The position numbers were made by a program, and so were the translations under genes. Under the pieces are notes generated by a model, which did not search any database, had not been told where the DNA came from, and saw nothing but the letters and a program-made list of their open reading frames with translations. From contig NC_092670.1 in assembly GCF_964355755.1 (NCBI RefSeq), forward strand, positions 28,384,388-28,448,387: DNA of 64,000 nucleotides. The letters are read 5' to 3'. Shown piece by piece: positions 26,282-42,000 of this stretch. Source of the DNA: Antedon mediterranea (lineage: Eukaryota; Animalia; Echinodermata). Within the stretch, counting starts at the first letter, position 1. Every line of letters begins with the position of its first letter.

Positions 26282-29200
26282 TGTAATGTAACGATATACT
26301 TTTATATTTAAGAAATCGACCTTTGTACCGGAATTCAAATAGGTTCACAAATTTGACCCAGAAAGTCCAGAGGAGAGTTTGTCCAGATGTTTTAATGACC
26401 ATTTAGTTTATAATAGAATCCCTAAAGAAAACACTTAGCTTAACTTTGTGACTTTTCCCATCGTTAAACCAGGAGTGACTGACACTATTTAAGTACAGAT
26501 TTGACAGTGTCATCCATCACAGAAATACCTTATTATACCGTTAATCACTCCCACTTAAACACCCCTGGATCAACTTAGGACCAATCGTTACCCTCACAGA
26601 TGATGTAATGACATTATGCAAATGAACTGAGCCAATATACTCCTAAGTTTCAGAAGGGCCAAGACACACCTTACAGCCATTTCACGGAGCACACACCTCA
26701 CAGCCACTTCTTCAGAAGCAGACCTACACACACTTCACACCTCACTGACAGCATCATTGATTGTCCGTTCCTTATCTATACTTATAGTTGTATATTGTAC
26801 TGAAGTATTATACTGAATAAATAATATATGTGTTACGACAGGCAAGCGAGTCAGAGTCTTCATTAGTACCTCAACAGCAACATTATATTACATGGTGGAA
26901 GACCCAAATTTCATAAGGAACGGAGTGAGAAAACAAGAAATAAACACTTAACAAGACAACAAGACGAAGACAAAGACAAAAATAACCATATTTGTTTGAA
27001 AGGAGAGAAATTTACTTTGACTCAAAAGACAAGCTGAAATTATATTTGAATGAGATCGAGACAAGCAGAAATTTTATCAAATTATTACCATTGGATGAAG
27101 ACAAAGAAGATAATCGAGGAAGACACAAAAGACAAGCTGAAATTATATTTGAATGAAATCGAGACAAGCAGAAATTTTATGAAATTATAACCATTGGATA
27201 AAGACAAAGAAGATAATCGAGGAAGACCCAAGAAGAATCAAAACAGAAGCAAGCGGACAAGAACTGTTTCGTTTAGAGACTTTCAACTTCACGCCGTTTT
27301 TTTTCGATCGTTTTTTTAACATTTACTTTTTTGAACATTGATGAACACCTTTCGCATTTTTTTGAATTCGTTGTTTGAAAATTTGAACATTGATGAGCAC
27401 TTTAACATTTCTTTAATTCGTTGTTTGAACATTTAGACATTTTTGAACACTTTTTGCATTCCTTTAATTCATTTTTAATTGGATCCGAAGCATTTGGGGT
27501 AAGTCAAAGCCATTTTGATTTTTGATTTGTAACCTTGATTGAAAAGTGAGAGTTTACATATATATACACTAAAATTGTTTTTTAAATTGTTAAAATAATT
27601 GTTGAATAAACCCGCCGATAATAATAATGAGAAAATTAAGAACACCGTTAACGTAGTAAATGACGAAAACAATGTTTAATTTATCGACGAACATGATAGG
27701 ACACCAACCCAATTGCAATCAGATACCCTTACACATCCAACTAAAGTAGAACCCCTTAACTTGCAACCTTACATTGACTGTGTAGAGAATAACATGGGAT
27801 TAGCAGCCCCATTCCAAATGAAAGAAGAACAAATTAAGGAACAAACTAATCTAATTATGACAGCACCTAATGATTCAAATATGACATTAAACCGAGGTAG
27901 ATTTAAAGCAGGACATTTCCAAGTTTTAGTTTCGTATTCTAAACCGACTTCAGCCAAACGCAACACCGATAAAACAAAACACGAATCTAATGATCGCAAA
28001 TTTTGGTGGAATATTGACAGATATAACGATACAGAGAAATTGATTAAAGAGATCATTAATGATAAACAGATACCGATAAGTGGATCGCCAAAACGATTCA
28101 TAAAACGTTTGTATAATGCAACAAGTTACTGATTTAATTTTTTTTGCAAGGAATTTTTTTTAATTACGACATTTGCTAAATGATAGCATAGTCTACGTAT
28201 TTTTGATGAGATTTGTTTAATAATGATGTGATTTCAGTTAAAAGAGAATTGAATTTATGTTTAAGTATTGATTTTGTAACGAGTTTTTTGATAAAGATTA
28301 ATTTTGAATTTTGATGATCGATATATTGAGATATTGAAAAGCCCGACAATCATTTTGTAACAAATATTTTGTTTAACCTTTGAGTCGTTAATCTCAAGCA
28401 TTAATTAATTGATATACAATAACAGGAGATTTTCTTAGTACTTTTAATTGTAAATTTTTTGACATTGAGTACAAAAGTCGAATTTGTCGACCGATTGAAA
28501 TCGTAATTACCTGTAAATATAAATGCTTAAATCGATAAAGTTGTGACGATAATGATATATTGTGGATAAGTTTGTGTCAACGGGACACACACATTTGTTT
28601 CTTTTAAAGTTTTAAGTGATTGAGTTTGATATTTTGATTTAGGCTAATCAGCCACAGTTTCTTGAATTTTATGTTTTGATTTGATTGATTTATGTTTGAA
28701 GACCATTAGAACGCGATGAGTTGTCGCACGATTTGATGTATGTTCAATGTAACATACTATTTTTAAGTTTTGTATTTTTATTTTCAACTGATTTATGTTT
28801 GATTTACGCGAATTTTATACCAAATTCATTTTTAATTTCATTTTTTTTAAGAGAGAGAAGAGAGAGAGTGAAAGTGATAAGGTTACACTTCAGAGTCAAT
28901 GGTTTTGGCTAACTCAATTTTGCTTATATGTATAATAATGTTTTTTTCTTTTATATAACTTTAATTTTGCATGCCACTATTATAACCATTTTTATATTTT
29001 AAATAGATTTTTAAAAAAAAGGGAAACAGAGGGATGTAATATAACGATATACTTTTATATTTAAGAAATCGACCTTTGTATCGGAATTCAAATAGGTTCA
29101 CAAACTTGACCCAGAAAGTCCAGAGGAGAGTTTGTCCAGATGTTTTAATGACCATTTAGTTTATAATAGAATCCCTAAAGAAAACACTTAGCTTAACTTT

Positions 29201-29645
29201 GTGACTTTTCCCATCGTTAAACCAGGAGTGACTGACACTATTTAAGTACAGATTTGACAGTGTCATCCATCACAGAAATACCTTATTATACCGTTAATCA
29301 CTCCCACTTAAACACCCCTGGATCAACTTAGGACCAATCGTTACCCTCACAGATGATGTAATGCCATTATGCAAATGAACTGAGCCAATATACTCCCAAG
29401 TTTCAGAAGGGCCAAGACACACCTTACAGCCATTTCACGGAGCACACACCTCACAGCCACTTCTTCAGAAGCAGACCTACACACACTTCACACCTCACTG
29501 ACAGCATCATTGATTGTCCGTTCCTTATCTATACTTATAGTTGTATATTGTACTGAAGTATTATACTGAATAAATAATATATGTGTTACGACAGTCAAGC
29601 GAGTCAGAGTCTTCATTAGTACCTCAACAGCAACATTATATTACA
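26282..29645 (+). mobile_element. Non-autonomous LTR retroelement B (611-bp LTRs, 2.1-kb interior with no recognisable RT or integrase)
   Basis: LTRs 26282-26892 and 29035-29645 with TGTAAT...ATTACA termini; TSD ATAT (26278-26281 / 29646-29649); PBS-like TGGTGGAAGACCC at 26893; PPT AAAAAAAAGGGAAACAGAGGGA 29013-29034; ~105-bp internal direct repeat at ~27023-27228. Confidence 0.92.
27713..28132 (+). pseudogene. 139-aa ORF of unknown function inside element B; probably a relic of the pol 3' end or an accessory ORF
   Basis: Only sizeable sense ORF in the element. TTG start; the frame continues upstream past one stop (NKPADNNNEK...NV*FIDEH). Natural-looking composition. Confidence 0.4.
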
Positions 29646-32600
29646 ATATCACAAAATGGTCTAAAATGTCTCCAAATGCGATTTGAAGCTTTTCTAAGCA
29701 CTTTGGTGTTTTTATGGTAACGAGTTATTTCGAAAATCACAAAATGGTCTAAAACGTCTCCAAATGCGATTTGAAGCTATTCTGTACACTTTGCTGTTTT
29801 GTGTGAATAATTTTTGTCAAAATGCTCAAAATGGTCAAAAACGTTTTTAAATACTATATTAAGCTATTTTGTGCTCTTTGATGTTTTTGTGTGAAAAGTT
29901 TTATCGAAATGCTCAAAATGGTCTAAAACGGTTTCTAATGTGATTTTAAGCACTTTGATGTTTTTATGTTAACAACTTTTTTAGAAAATTACAAAATGGT
30001 GTAAAACGTCTCCAAATGCGATTTGAAGCTATTCTAAGCAATTTGGTGTTTTTATGTTAACAAGTTTTTTCGAAAATCACAAAATGGTCTAAAACGTCTC
30101 CAAATGCGACTTGAAGCTATTCTAAGCACTCTTGTGTTTTTATGTTAACAAGTTTTTTCGAAAATCACAAAATGGTATAAAACGTCTCCAAATGCGATTT
30201 GAAGCTATTCTGTACACTTTGCTGTTTTGAGTGAATAATTTTTGTCGAAATGCTCAAAATTGTCAAAAACGTTTTTAAATACGATATTAAGCTATTTTGT
30301 GCTCTTTGATGTTTTTGTGTGAAAAGTTTTATCGAAATGCTCAAAATGGTCTAAAACGGTTTCTAATGTGATTTTAAGCACTTTGGTGTTTTTATGTTAA
30401 CAAGTTTTTTCGAAAATCACAAATTGGTCTAAAACGTCTCCAAATGCGATTTGAAGCTATTTTAAGCACTTTGGTGTTTTTGTGTAACCAAGTTTTTTCG
30501 AAAATCACAAAAGGGTCTAAAATGTCTCAAAATGCAATTTGAAGCTATTCTGTACACTTTGATGTTTTTATGTTAACAAGTTTTTTCGAAAGTCACAAAA
30601 TGGTCTAAAACGTCTCCAAATGCGATTTGAAGCTATTCTAAGCACTTTGGTGTTTTTATGTTAACAAGTTTTTTCGAAAATCACAAAATGGTGTAAAACG
30701 TCTCCAAATGCAATTTGAAGCTATTCTAAGCACTTTGGTGTTTTTATGTTAACAAGTTTTTTCGAAAATCACAAAATGGTGTAAAACGTCTCCAAATGCG
30801 ATTTTAAGCTATTCTAAGCAATTTGGTGTTTTTATGTTAACAAGTTTTTTCGAAAATCACAAAATGGTCTAAAACGTCTCCAAATGCGAATTGAAGCTAT
30901 TCTGTACACTTTGATGTTTTGTGTGAATAATTTTTGTCGAAATGCTCAAAATGGTCAAAAACGTTTTTAAATACGATATTAAGCTATTTTGTGCTCTTTG
31001 ATGTTTTTGTGTGAAAAGTTTTATCGAAATGCTCAAAATGGTCTAAAACGGTTTCTAATGTGATTTTAAGCACTTTGATGTTTTTATGTTAACAACTTTT
31101 TTAGAAAATTACAAAATGGTCTAAAACGTCTCCAAATGCGATTTGAAGCAATTCTAAGGACTTTGGTGTTTTTTATGTTAACAAGTTTTTTCGAAAATCA
31201 CAAAATGGTCTAAAACGTCTCCAAAATGCGATTTGAAGCTATTCTAAGCACTTTGGTGTTTTTATGTTAACAAGTTTTTTCGAAAATCACAAAATGGTAT
31301 AAAACGTCTCCCAATGCGATTTTAAGGTATTTTAAGCACTTTGGTGTTTTTATGTTAACGAGTTTTTTCGAAAATCACAAAATGGTATAAAACGTCTCCA
31401 AATGCGATTTTAAGCTATTCTAAGCACTTTTGCGTTTTTATGTTAACAAGTTTTTTCGAAAATCACAAAATGGTCTAAAATGTCTCCAAATGCGATTTGA
31501 AGCTATTCTGTACACTTTGCTGTTTTGTTTGAATAATTTTTGTCAAAATGCTCAAAATGGTCAAAAACGTTTTTAAATACTATATTAAGCTATTTTGTGT
31601 TCTTTGATGTTTTTGTGTGAAAAGTTTTTTCGAAATTCTCAAAATGGTCTAAAACGGTTTATAATGTGATTTTAAGCACTTTGATGTTTTTATGTTAACA
31701 ACTTTTTTAGAAAATTACAAAATGGTCTAAAACGTCTCCAAATGCGATTTGAAGCAATTCTAAGCACTTTGATGTTTTTTATGTTAACAAGTTTTTTCGA
31801 AAATCACAAAATGGTCTAAAACGTCTCCAAAATGCGATTTGAAGCTATTCTAAGCACTTTGGTGTTTTTATGTTAACAAGTTTTTTCGAAAATTACAATA
31901 TGGTATAAAACGTCTCCAAATGCGATTTTAAGGTATTTTAAGCACTTTGATGTTTTTATGTTAACGAGTTTTTTCGAAAATCACAAAATGGTCTAAAACG
32001 TCTCCAAATGCGATTTGAAGCTATTCTAAGCACTTTGGTGTTTTTATGTTAACAAGTTTTTTCGAAAATCACCAAATGGTATAAAACGTCTCCAAATGCG
32101 ATTTGAAGCTATTCTGTACACTTTGCTGTTTAGTGTGAATAATTTTGGTCAAAATGCTCAAAATGGTCAAAAACGTTTTTAAATACTATATTAAGCTATT
32201 TGGTGCTCTTTGATGTTTTTGTGTGAAAAGTTTTATCGCAATGCTCAAAATGGTCTAAAACGGTTTCTAATGTGATTTTAAGCACTTTGATGTTTTTATG
32301 TTAGCGAATTTTTTCAAAAATCACAAAATGGTCTAAAATGTCTCCAAATGCGATTTCAAGCTATTCTTAGCACTTTGGTGTTTTTATGTTAACAAGTTTT
32401 TTCGAAAATCAGAAAATGGTCTAAAACGTCTCCAAATGAGATTTGAAGCTTTTCTAAGCACTTTGGTGTTTTTATGTTTAAAAGTTTTTTCGAAAATCAC
32501 AAAATGGTCTAAAACGTCTCCAAATGCGATTTGAAGCTATTCTGTACACTTTACAGTTTTTTGCACTTTGATGTTTTTATGTTAGCGAATTTTTTCGAAA

Positions 32601-33019
32601 ATCACAAAATGGTCTAAAATGTCTCCAAATGCGATTTCAAGCTATTCTTAGCACTTTGGTGTTTTTATGTTAACAAGTTTTTTCGAAAATCAGAAAATGG
32701 TCTAAAACGTCTCCAAATGAGATTTGAAGCTTTTCTAAGAACTTTGGTGTTTTTATGTTTAAAAGTTTTTTCGAAAATCACAAAATGGTCTAAAACGTCT
32801 CCAAATGCGATTTGAAGCTATTCTGTACACTTTACAGTTTTTTGTGAATAATTTTTGTCGAAATGCTCAAAATGGTCAAAAAAGTTTTTAAATACGATAT
32901 TAAGCTATTTTGTGCTCTTTGATGTTTTTGTGTGAAAAGTTTTATCGAAATGCTCAAAATGTTCTAAAACGGTTTCTAATGTGATTTTAAGCACTTTGAT
33001 GTTTTTATGTTAACGAATT
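29646..33019 (+). repeat. 88-bp satellite, forward orientation
   Basis: Same monomer; the first ~570 bp are collinear with 518-1090. Confidence 0.96.
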
Positions 33020-36000
33020 AATCGTATTTAAAAACGTTTTTGACCATTTTGAGCATTTCGACAAAAATTATTAACACAAAATAGCAAAGTGTACAGAAAA
33101 ACTTGGTTCCATAAAAACATCAAAGTGCTTAAAATCACATTAGAAACCGTTTTAGACCATTTTGTGATTTTCTAAAAAAGTTGTTAACATAAAAACACCA
33201 AAGTGCTTAGAATAGCTTCAAATCGCATTTGGAGACGTTTTAGACCATTTTGTGACTTTCGAAAAACTTGTTAACATAAAAACATCAAAGTGTACAGAAT
33301 AGCTTCAAATCGCATTTTGAGACATTTTAGACCCTTTTGTGATTTTCGAAAAAAATTGGTTACACAAAAACACCAAAGTGCTTAAAATAGCTTCAAATCG
33401 CATTTGGAGACGTTTTAGACCATTTTGTGATTTTCGAAAAAACTTGTTAACATAAAAACACCAAAGTGCTAAAAATAGCTTGAAATCGCATTTGGAGACA
33501 TTTTAGACCATTTTGTGATTTTCGAAAAAACTCGTTAACATAAAAACATCAAAGTGCTTAAAATCACATTAGAAACCGTTTTAGACCATTTTGAGAATTT
33601 CGATAAAACTTTTCACACAAAAACATCAAAGAGCACAAAATAGCTTAATATCGTATTTTAAAACGTTTTTGACCATTTTGAGCATTTCGACAAAAATTAT
33701 TCACACAAAACAGCAAAGTGTACATAATAGCTTCAAATCGCATTTGGAGACGTTTTAGACCATTTTGTGATTTTCGAAAAAACTTGTTAACATAAAAACA
33801 CCAAAGTGCTTAGAATAGCTTCAAATCGCATTTGGAGCCGTTTTAGACAATTTTGTGATTTTCGAAAAAACTTGTAAACATAAAAACACCAAAGTGCTTA
33901 GAAAAGCTTCAAACCGCATTTGGAGACATTTTAGACCACTTTGTGATATTCAAAAAAACTCGTTACCATAAAAACACCAAAGTGCTTAGAATTGCTTCAA
34001 ATCGCATTTGGAGACGTTTTAGACCATTTTGTGATTTTCTAAAAAAGTTGTTAACATAAAAACATCAAAGTGCTTAAAATCACATTAGAAACCGTTTTAG
34101 ACCATTTTGTGATTTTCTAAAAAAGTTGTTAACATAAAAACACCAAAGTGCTTAGAAACGCTTCAAATCGCATTTGGAGACGTTTTAGACCATTTTGTGA
34201 TTTTCGAAAAAACTTGTTAACATAAAAACACCAAATTGCTTAGAATAGCTTCAAATCGCATTTGGAGACGTTTTTCACCATTTTGTGATTTTCGAAAAAA
34301 CTTGTTAACATAAAAACACAAAATTGCTTAGAATAGCTTCAAATCGCATTTGGAGACGTTTTTCACCATTTTGTGATTTTCGAAAAAACTTGTTAACATA
34401 AAAACACCAAAGTGCTTAGAATAGCTTCAAATCGCATTTGGAGACGTTCTACACCATTTTGTGACTTTCGAAAAACTTGTTAACATAAAAACATCAAAGT
34501 GTACAGAATAGCTTCAAATCGCATTTTGAGACATTTTAGACCCTTTTGTGATTTTCGAAAAAACTTGGTTACACAAAAATACCAAAGTGCTTAAAATAGC
34601 TTCAAATCGCATTTGGAGACGTTTTAGACCATTTTGTGATTTTCGAAAAAAACTTGTTAATAACATAAAAACACCAAAGTGCTAAGAATAGCTTGAAATC
34701 GCATTTGGAGACATTTTAGACGATTTTGTGATTTTCGAAAAAACTCGTTAACATAAAAACATCAAAGTGCTTAAAATCACATTAGAAACCGTTTTAGACC
34801 ATTTTGAGCATTTCGGTAAAACTTTTCACACAGAAACATCAAAGAGCACAAAATAGCTTAATATCGTATTTAAAAACGTTTTTGACCATTTTGAGCATTT
34901 CGACAAAAATTATTCACACAAAACAGCAAAGTGTACAGAATAGCTTCAAATCGCATTTGGAGACGTTTTAGACCATTTTGTGATTTTCGAAAAAACTTGT
35001 TAACATAAAAACACCAAAGTGCTTAGAATAGCTTCAAATCGCATTTGGAGCCGTTTTAGACCATTTTGTGATTTTCGAAAAAACTTGTAAACATAAAAAC
35101 ACCAAAGTGCTTAGAAAAGCTTCAAATCGCATTTGGAGACATTTTAGACCATTTTGTGATATTCAAAAAAACTCGTTACCATAAAAACACCAAAGTGCTT
35201 AGAATTGCTTCAAATCGCATTTGGAGACGTTTTAGACCATTTTGTGATTTTCTAAAAAAGTTGTTAACATAAAAACATCAAAGTGCTTAAAATCACATTA
35301 GAAACCGTTTTAGACCATTTTGTGATTTTCTAAAAAAGTTGTTAACATAAAAACACCAAAGTGCTTAGAAAAGCTTCAAATCGCATTTGGAGACGTTTTA
35401 GACCATTTTGTGATTTTCGAAAAAACTTGTTAACATAAAAACACCAAATTGCTTAGAATAGCTTCAAATCGCATTTGGAGACGTTTTAGACCATTTTGTG
35501 ATTTTCGAAAAAACTTGTTAACATAAAAACACAAAATTGCTTAGAATAGCTTCAAATCGCATTTGGAGACGTTTTTCACCATTTTGTGATTTTCGAAAAA
35601 ACTTGTTAACATAAAAACACCAAAGTGCTTAGAATAGCTTCAAATCGCATTTGGAGACGTTCTACACCATTTTGTGACTTTCGAAAAACTTGTTAACATA
35701 AAAACATCAAAGTGTACAGAATAGCTTCAAATCGCATTTTGAGACATTTTAGACCCTTTTGTGATTTTCGAAAAAACTTGGTTACACAAAAATACCAAAG
35801 TGCTTAAAATAGCTTCAAATCGCATTTGGAGACGTTTTAGACCATTTTGTGATTTTCGAAAAAACTTCTTAACATAAAAACACCAAAGTGCTAGGAATAG
35901 TTTGAAATCGCATTTGGAGACATTTTAGACCATTTTGTGATTTTCGAAAAAACTCGTTAACATAAAAACATCAAAGTGCTTAAAATCACATTAGAAACCG

Positions 36001-39000
36001 TTTTAGACCATTTTGAGCATTTCGATAAAACTTTTCACACAGAAGCATCAAAGAGCACAAAATAGCTTAATATCGTATTTAAAAACGTTTTTGACCATTT
36101 TGAGCATTTCGACAAAAATTATTCACACAAAACAGCAAAGTGTACAGAATAGCTTCAAATCGCATTTGGAGACGTTTTAGACCATTTTGTGATTTTCGAA
36201 AAAACTTGTAAACATAAAAACACCAAAGTGCTTAGAAAAGCTTCAAATCGCATTTGGAGACATTTTAGATCATTTTGTGATATTCAAAAAAACTCGTTAC
36301 CATAAAAACACCAAAGTGATTAGAATTGCTTCAAATCGCATTTGGAGACGTTTTAGACCATTTTGTGATTTTCGAAAAAACTTGTTAACATAAAAACACC
36401 AAAGTGCTTAGAATAGCTTAAAATCGCATTTGGAGACGTTTTAGAGCATTTTGTGATTTTCGAAAAAACTTGTTAACATAAAAACACCAATGTGCTTAGA
36501 ATAGCTTCAAATCGCATTTGGAGACGTTTTAGACCATTTTGTGACTTTCGTAAAACTTGTTAACATAAAAACATCAAAGTGTACAGAATAGCTTCAAATC
36601 GCATTTTGAGACATTTTAGACCATTTTGTGATTTTCGAAAAAACTTGGTTACACAAAAACACCAAAGTGCTTAAAATAGCTTCAAATCGCATTTGAAGAC
36701 GTTTTAGACCATTTTGTGATTTTCGAAAAAACTTGTTAACATAAAATCATCAAAGTGCTTAAAATAGCTTCAAATCGCATTTGGAGACGTTTTAGACCCT
36801 TTTGTGATTTTCGAAAAAACTTGTTAACATAAAAACACCAAAGTGCTTAGAATAGCTTCAAATCGCATTTGGAGACGTTTTAGACCATTTTGTGATTTTC
36901 GAAAAAACTTGTAAACATAAAAACACCAAAGTGCTTAGAAAAGCTTCAAATCGCATTTGGAGACATTTTAGACCATTTTGTGATTTTCGAAAAAACTTGT
37001 TAACATAAAAACACCAAAGTGCTAAGAATAGCTTGAAATCGCATTTGGAGACATTTTAGACCATTTTGTGATTTTCGAAAAAATTCGTTAACATAAAAAC
37101 ATCAAAGTGCTTAAAATCACATTAGAAACCGTTTTAGAACATTTTGAGCATTTCGATAAACTTTTCACACAAAAACATCAAAGAGCACAAAATAGCTTAA
37201 TATCGTATTTAAAAACGTTTTTGACCATTTTGAGCATTTCGACAAAAATTATTCACACAAAAACATCAAAGAGCACAAAATAGCTTAATATCGTATTTAA
37301 AAACGTTTTTGACCATTTTGAGCATTTCGACAAAAATTATTCACACAAAACAGCAAAGTGTACAGAATAGCTTCAAATCGCATTTGGAGACGTTTTAGAC
37401 CATTTTGTGATTTTCGAAAAAACTTGTAAACATAAAAACACCAAAGTGCTTAGAAAAGCTTCAAATCGCATTTGGAGACATTTTAGACCATTTTGTGATA
37501 TTCAAAAAAACTCGTTACCATAAAAACACCAAAGTGCTTAGAATTGCTTCAAATCGCATTTGGAGACGTTTTAGACCATTTTGTGATTTTCGAAAAAACT
37601 TGTTAACATAAAAACACCAAAGTGCTTAGAATAGCTTAAAATCGCATTTGGAGACGTTTTAGACCATTTTGTGATTTTCGAAATAACTCGTTACCATAAA
37701 AACACCAAAGTGCTTATAATTGCTTCAAATCGCATTTGGAGACGTTTTAGACCATTTTGTTATTTTCTAAAAAAGTTGTTAACATAAAAACATCAAAGTG
37801 CTTAAAATCACATTAGAAACCGTTTTAGACCATTTTGAGCGTTTCGATAAAACTTTTCACACAAAAACATCAAAGAGCACAAAATAGCTTAATATAGTAT
37901 TTTAAAACGTTTTTGACCATTTTGAGCATTTTGACAAAAATTATTCACACTAAACAGCAAAGTGTACAGAATAACTTCAAATCGCATTTGGAGACGTTTT
38001 AGACCATTTTGTGATTTTCGAAAAAACTTGTTAACATAAAAACATCAAAGTGTACAGAATAGCTTCAAATCGCTTTTTCAGACATTATAGACCCTTTTGT
38101 GATTTTCGAAAAAACTTGGTTCCACAAAAACACCAAAGTGCTTAAAATAGCTTCAAATCGCATTTGGAGACGTTTTAGAGCATTTTGTGATTTTCGAAAA
38201 AACTTGTTAACATAAAAACACCAATGTGCTTAGAATAGCTTCAAATCGCATTTGGAGACGTTTTAGACCATTTTGTGACTTTCGTAAAACTTGTTAACAT
38301 AAAAACATCAAAGTGTACAGAATAGCTTCAAATCGCATTTTGAGACATTTTAGACCATTTTGTGATTTTCGAAAAAACTTGGTTACACAAAAACACCAAA
38401 GTGCTTAAAATAGCTTCAAATCGCATTTGAAGACGTTTTAGACCATTTTGTGATTTTCGAAAAAACTTGTTAACATAAAAACATCAAAGTGCTTAAAATA
38501 GCTTCAAATCGCATTTGGAGACGTTTTAGACCCTTTTGTGATTTTCGAAAAAACTTGTTAACATAAAAACACCAAAGTGCTTAGAATAGCTTCAAATCGC
38601 ATTTGGAGACGTTTTAGACCATTTTGTGATTTTCGAAAAAACTTGTAAACATAAAAACACCAAAGTGCTTAGAAAAGCTTCAAATCGCATTTGGAGACAT
38701 TTTAGACCATTTTGTGATTTTCGAAAAAACTTGTTAACATAAAAACACCAAAGTGCTAAGAATAGCTTGAAATCGCATTTGGAGACATTTTAGACCATTT
38801 TGTGATTTTCGAAAAAATTCGTTAACATAAAAACATCAAAGTGCTTAAAATCACATTAGAAACCGTTTTAGAACATTTTGAGCATTTCGATAAACTTTTC
38901 ACACAAAAACATCAAAGAGCACAAAATAGCTTAATATCGTATTTAAAAACGTTTTTGACCATTTTGAGCATTTCGACAAAAATTATTCACAAAAAAAAAA

Positions 39001-42000
39001 GTAAAGTGTACAGAATAGCTTCAAATCGCATTTGGAGACGTTTTAGAGTATTTTGTGATTTTCGAAAAAACTTGTTAACATAAAAACACCAAATTGCTTA
39101 GAATAGCTTAAAATCGCATTTGGAGACGTTTTAGACCATTTTGTGACTTTCGAAAAAACTTGTTAACATAAAAACATCAAAGTGTACAGAATAGCTTCAA
39201 ATCGTATTTTGAGACATTTTAGACCCTTTTGTGATTTTCGAAAAAACTTGGTTACATAAAAACATCAAAGTGTACAGAATAGCTTCAAATCGTATTTTGA
39301 GACATTATAGACATTTTGTGATTTTCGAAAAAACTTGTAAACATAAAAACACCAAAGTGCTTAGAAAAGCTTCAAATCGCATTTGGAGACATTTTAGACC
39401 ATTTTGTGATTTTCGAAATAACTCGTTACCATAAAAACACCAAAGTGCTTAGAAAAGCTTCAAATCGCATTTGGAGACATTTTAGACCATTTTGTGATAT
39501 TCAAAAAAACTCGTTACCATAAAAACACCAAAGTGCTTAGAATTGCTTCAAATCGCATTTGGAGACGTTTTAGACCATTTTGTGATTTTCTAAAAAAGGT
39601 GTTAACATAAAAACATCAAAGTGCTTAAAATCACATTAGAAACCGTTTTAGACCATTTTTGTGATTTTCGAAAAAACTTGTTAACATAAAAACACCAAAG
39701 TGCTTAGAATAGCTTCAAATCGCATTTGGAGACGTTTTAGACCATTTTGTGATTTTCGAAAAAACTTTTAAACATAAAAACACCAAAGTGCTTAGAAAAG
39801 CTTCAAATCGCATTTGGAGACGTTTTAGACCATTTTGTGATTTTCGAAAAAAACTTGTTAAAATAAAAACACCAAATTGCTTAGAATAGTTTCAAATCGC
39901 ATTTGGAGACGTTTTAGACCATTTTCTGATTTTCGAAAAAACTTATTAACATAAAAACACCAAAGTGCTAAGAATAGCTTGAAATCGCATTTGGAGACAT
40001 TTTAAACCATTTTGTGATTTTCGAAAAAATTCGTTAACATAAAAACATCAAAGTGCTTAAAATCACATTAGAAACCGTTTTAGACCATTTTGATCATTTC
40101 GATAAAACTTTTCACACAAAAACATCAAAGAGCACAAAATAGCTTAATATCGTATTTAAAAACGTTTTTGACCATTTTGAGCATTTCGACAAAAATTATT
40201 CACACAAAACAGCAAAGTGTACAGAATAGCTTCAAATCGCATTTGGAGACGTTTTAGACCATTTTGTGATTTTCGAAAAAACTTGTTAACATAAAAACAC
40301 CAAAGTGCTTAGAATAGCTTCAAATCGCATTTGGAGACGTTTTAGACCATTTTGTGATTTTCTAAAAAAGTTGTTAACATAAAAACATCAAAGTGCTTAA
40401 AATCACATTAGAAACCGTTTTAGACCATTTTGTGATTTTCGAAAAAACTTGTTAACATAAAAACACCAAAGTGCTTAGAATAGCTTCAAATCGCATTTGG
40501 AGACGTTTTAGACCATTTTGTGATTTTCGAAAAAACTTTTAAACATAAAAACACCAAAGTGCTTAGAAAAGCTTCAAATCGCATTTGGAGACGTTTTAGA
40601 CCATTTTGTGATTTTCGAAAAAACTTTTAAACATAAAAACACCAAAGTGCTAAGAATAGCTTGAAATCGCATTTGGAGACATTTTAAACCATTTTGTGAT
40701 TTTCGAAAAAATTCGTTAACATAAAAACATCAAAGTGCTTAAAATCACATTAGAAACCGTTTTAGACCATTTTGATCATTTCGATAAAACTTTTCACACA
40801 AAAACATCAAAGAGCACAAAATAGCTTAATATCGTATTTAAAAACGTTTTTGACCATTTTGAGCATTTCGACAAAAATTATTCACACAAAACCGCAAAGT
40901 GTACAGAATAGCTTCAAATCGCATTTGGAGACGTTTTAGACCATTTTGTGATTTTCGAAAAAACTTGTTAACATAAAAACACCAAAGTGCTTAGAATAGC
41001 TTCAAATCGCATTTTGTGACATTTTCGACCATTTTGTGATTTTCGAAAAAACTTGTTAACATAAAAACACCGAATTGCTTAGAATAGCTTAAAATCGCAT
41101 TTGGAGACGTTTTATACCATTTTGTGATTTTCGAAAAAACTTGTTAACATAAAAACACCGAATTGCTTAGAATAGCTTAAAATCGCATTTGGAGACGTTT
41201 TATACCATTTTGTGATTTTCGAAAAAACTTGTTAACATAAAAACACCAAAGTGCTTAGAATAGCTTCAAATCGCATTTTGAGACGTTTTAGACCATTTTG
41301 TGATTTTCGAAAAAACTTGTTAACATAAAAACACCAATTTGCTTAGAATAGCTTAAAATCGCATTTGGAGACGTTTTAGACCATTTTGTGATTTTCGAAA
41401 AAACTTGTTAACATAAAAACACCAAAGTGCTTAGAATAGCTTCAAATCGCATTTTGTGACATTTTAGACCATTTTGTGATTTTCGAAAAAACTTAACATA
41501 AAAACACCAAATTGCTTAGAATAGCTTAAAATCGCATTTGGAGACGTTTTATACCATTTTGTGATTTTCGAAAAAACTTTTTAACATAAAAACACCAAAG
41601 TGCTTAGAGTAGCTTCAAATCGCATTTGGAGACGTTTTAGACCATTTTGTGATTTTCGAAAAAACTTGTTAACATAAAAACAACAAAGTGCTTAGAATAC
41701 CTTAAAATCGCATTTGGAGACGTTTTATACCATTTTGTGATTTTCGAAAAAACTTGTTAACATAAAAACACCAAAGTGCTTAGAATAGCTTCAAATCGCA
41801 TTTTGAGACGTTTTAGACCATTTTGTGATTTTCGAAAAAACTTGTTAACATAAAAAACACCAAAGTGCTTAGAATTGCTTCAAATCGCATTTGGAGACGT
41901 TTTAGACCATTTTGTAATTTTCTAAAAAAGTTGTTAACACAAAAACATCAAAGAGCACAAAATAGCTTAATATAGTATTTAAAAACGTTTTTGACCATTT

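Noticed and set aside
26893-26905. Assigning the PBS of element B to a specific tRNA
   Set aside because: Only TGGTGGA (7 nt) matches tRNA-Ala-type 3' ends, too short to call.
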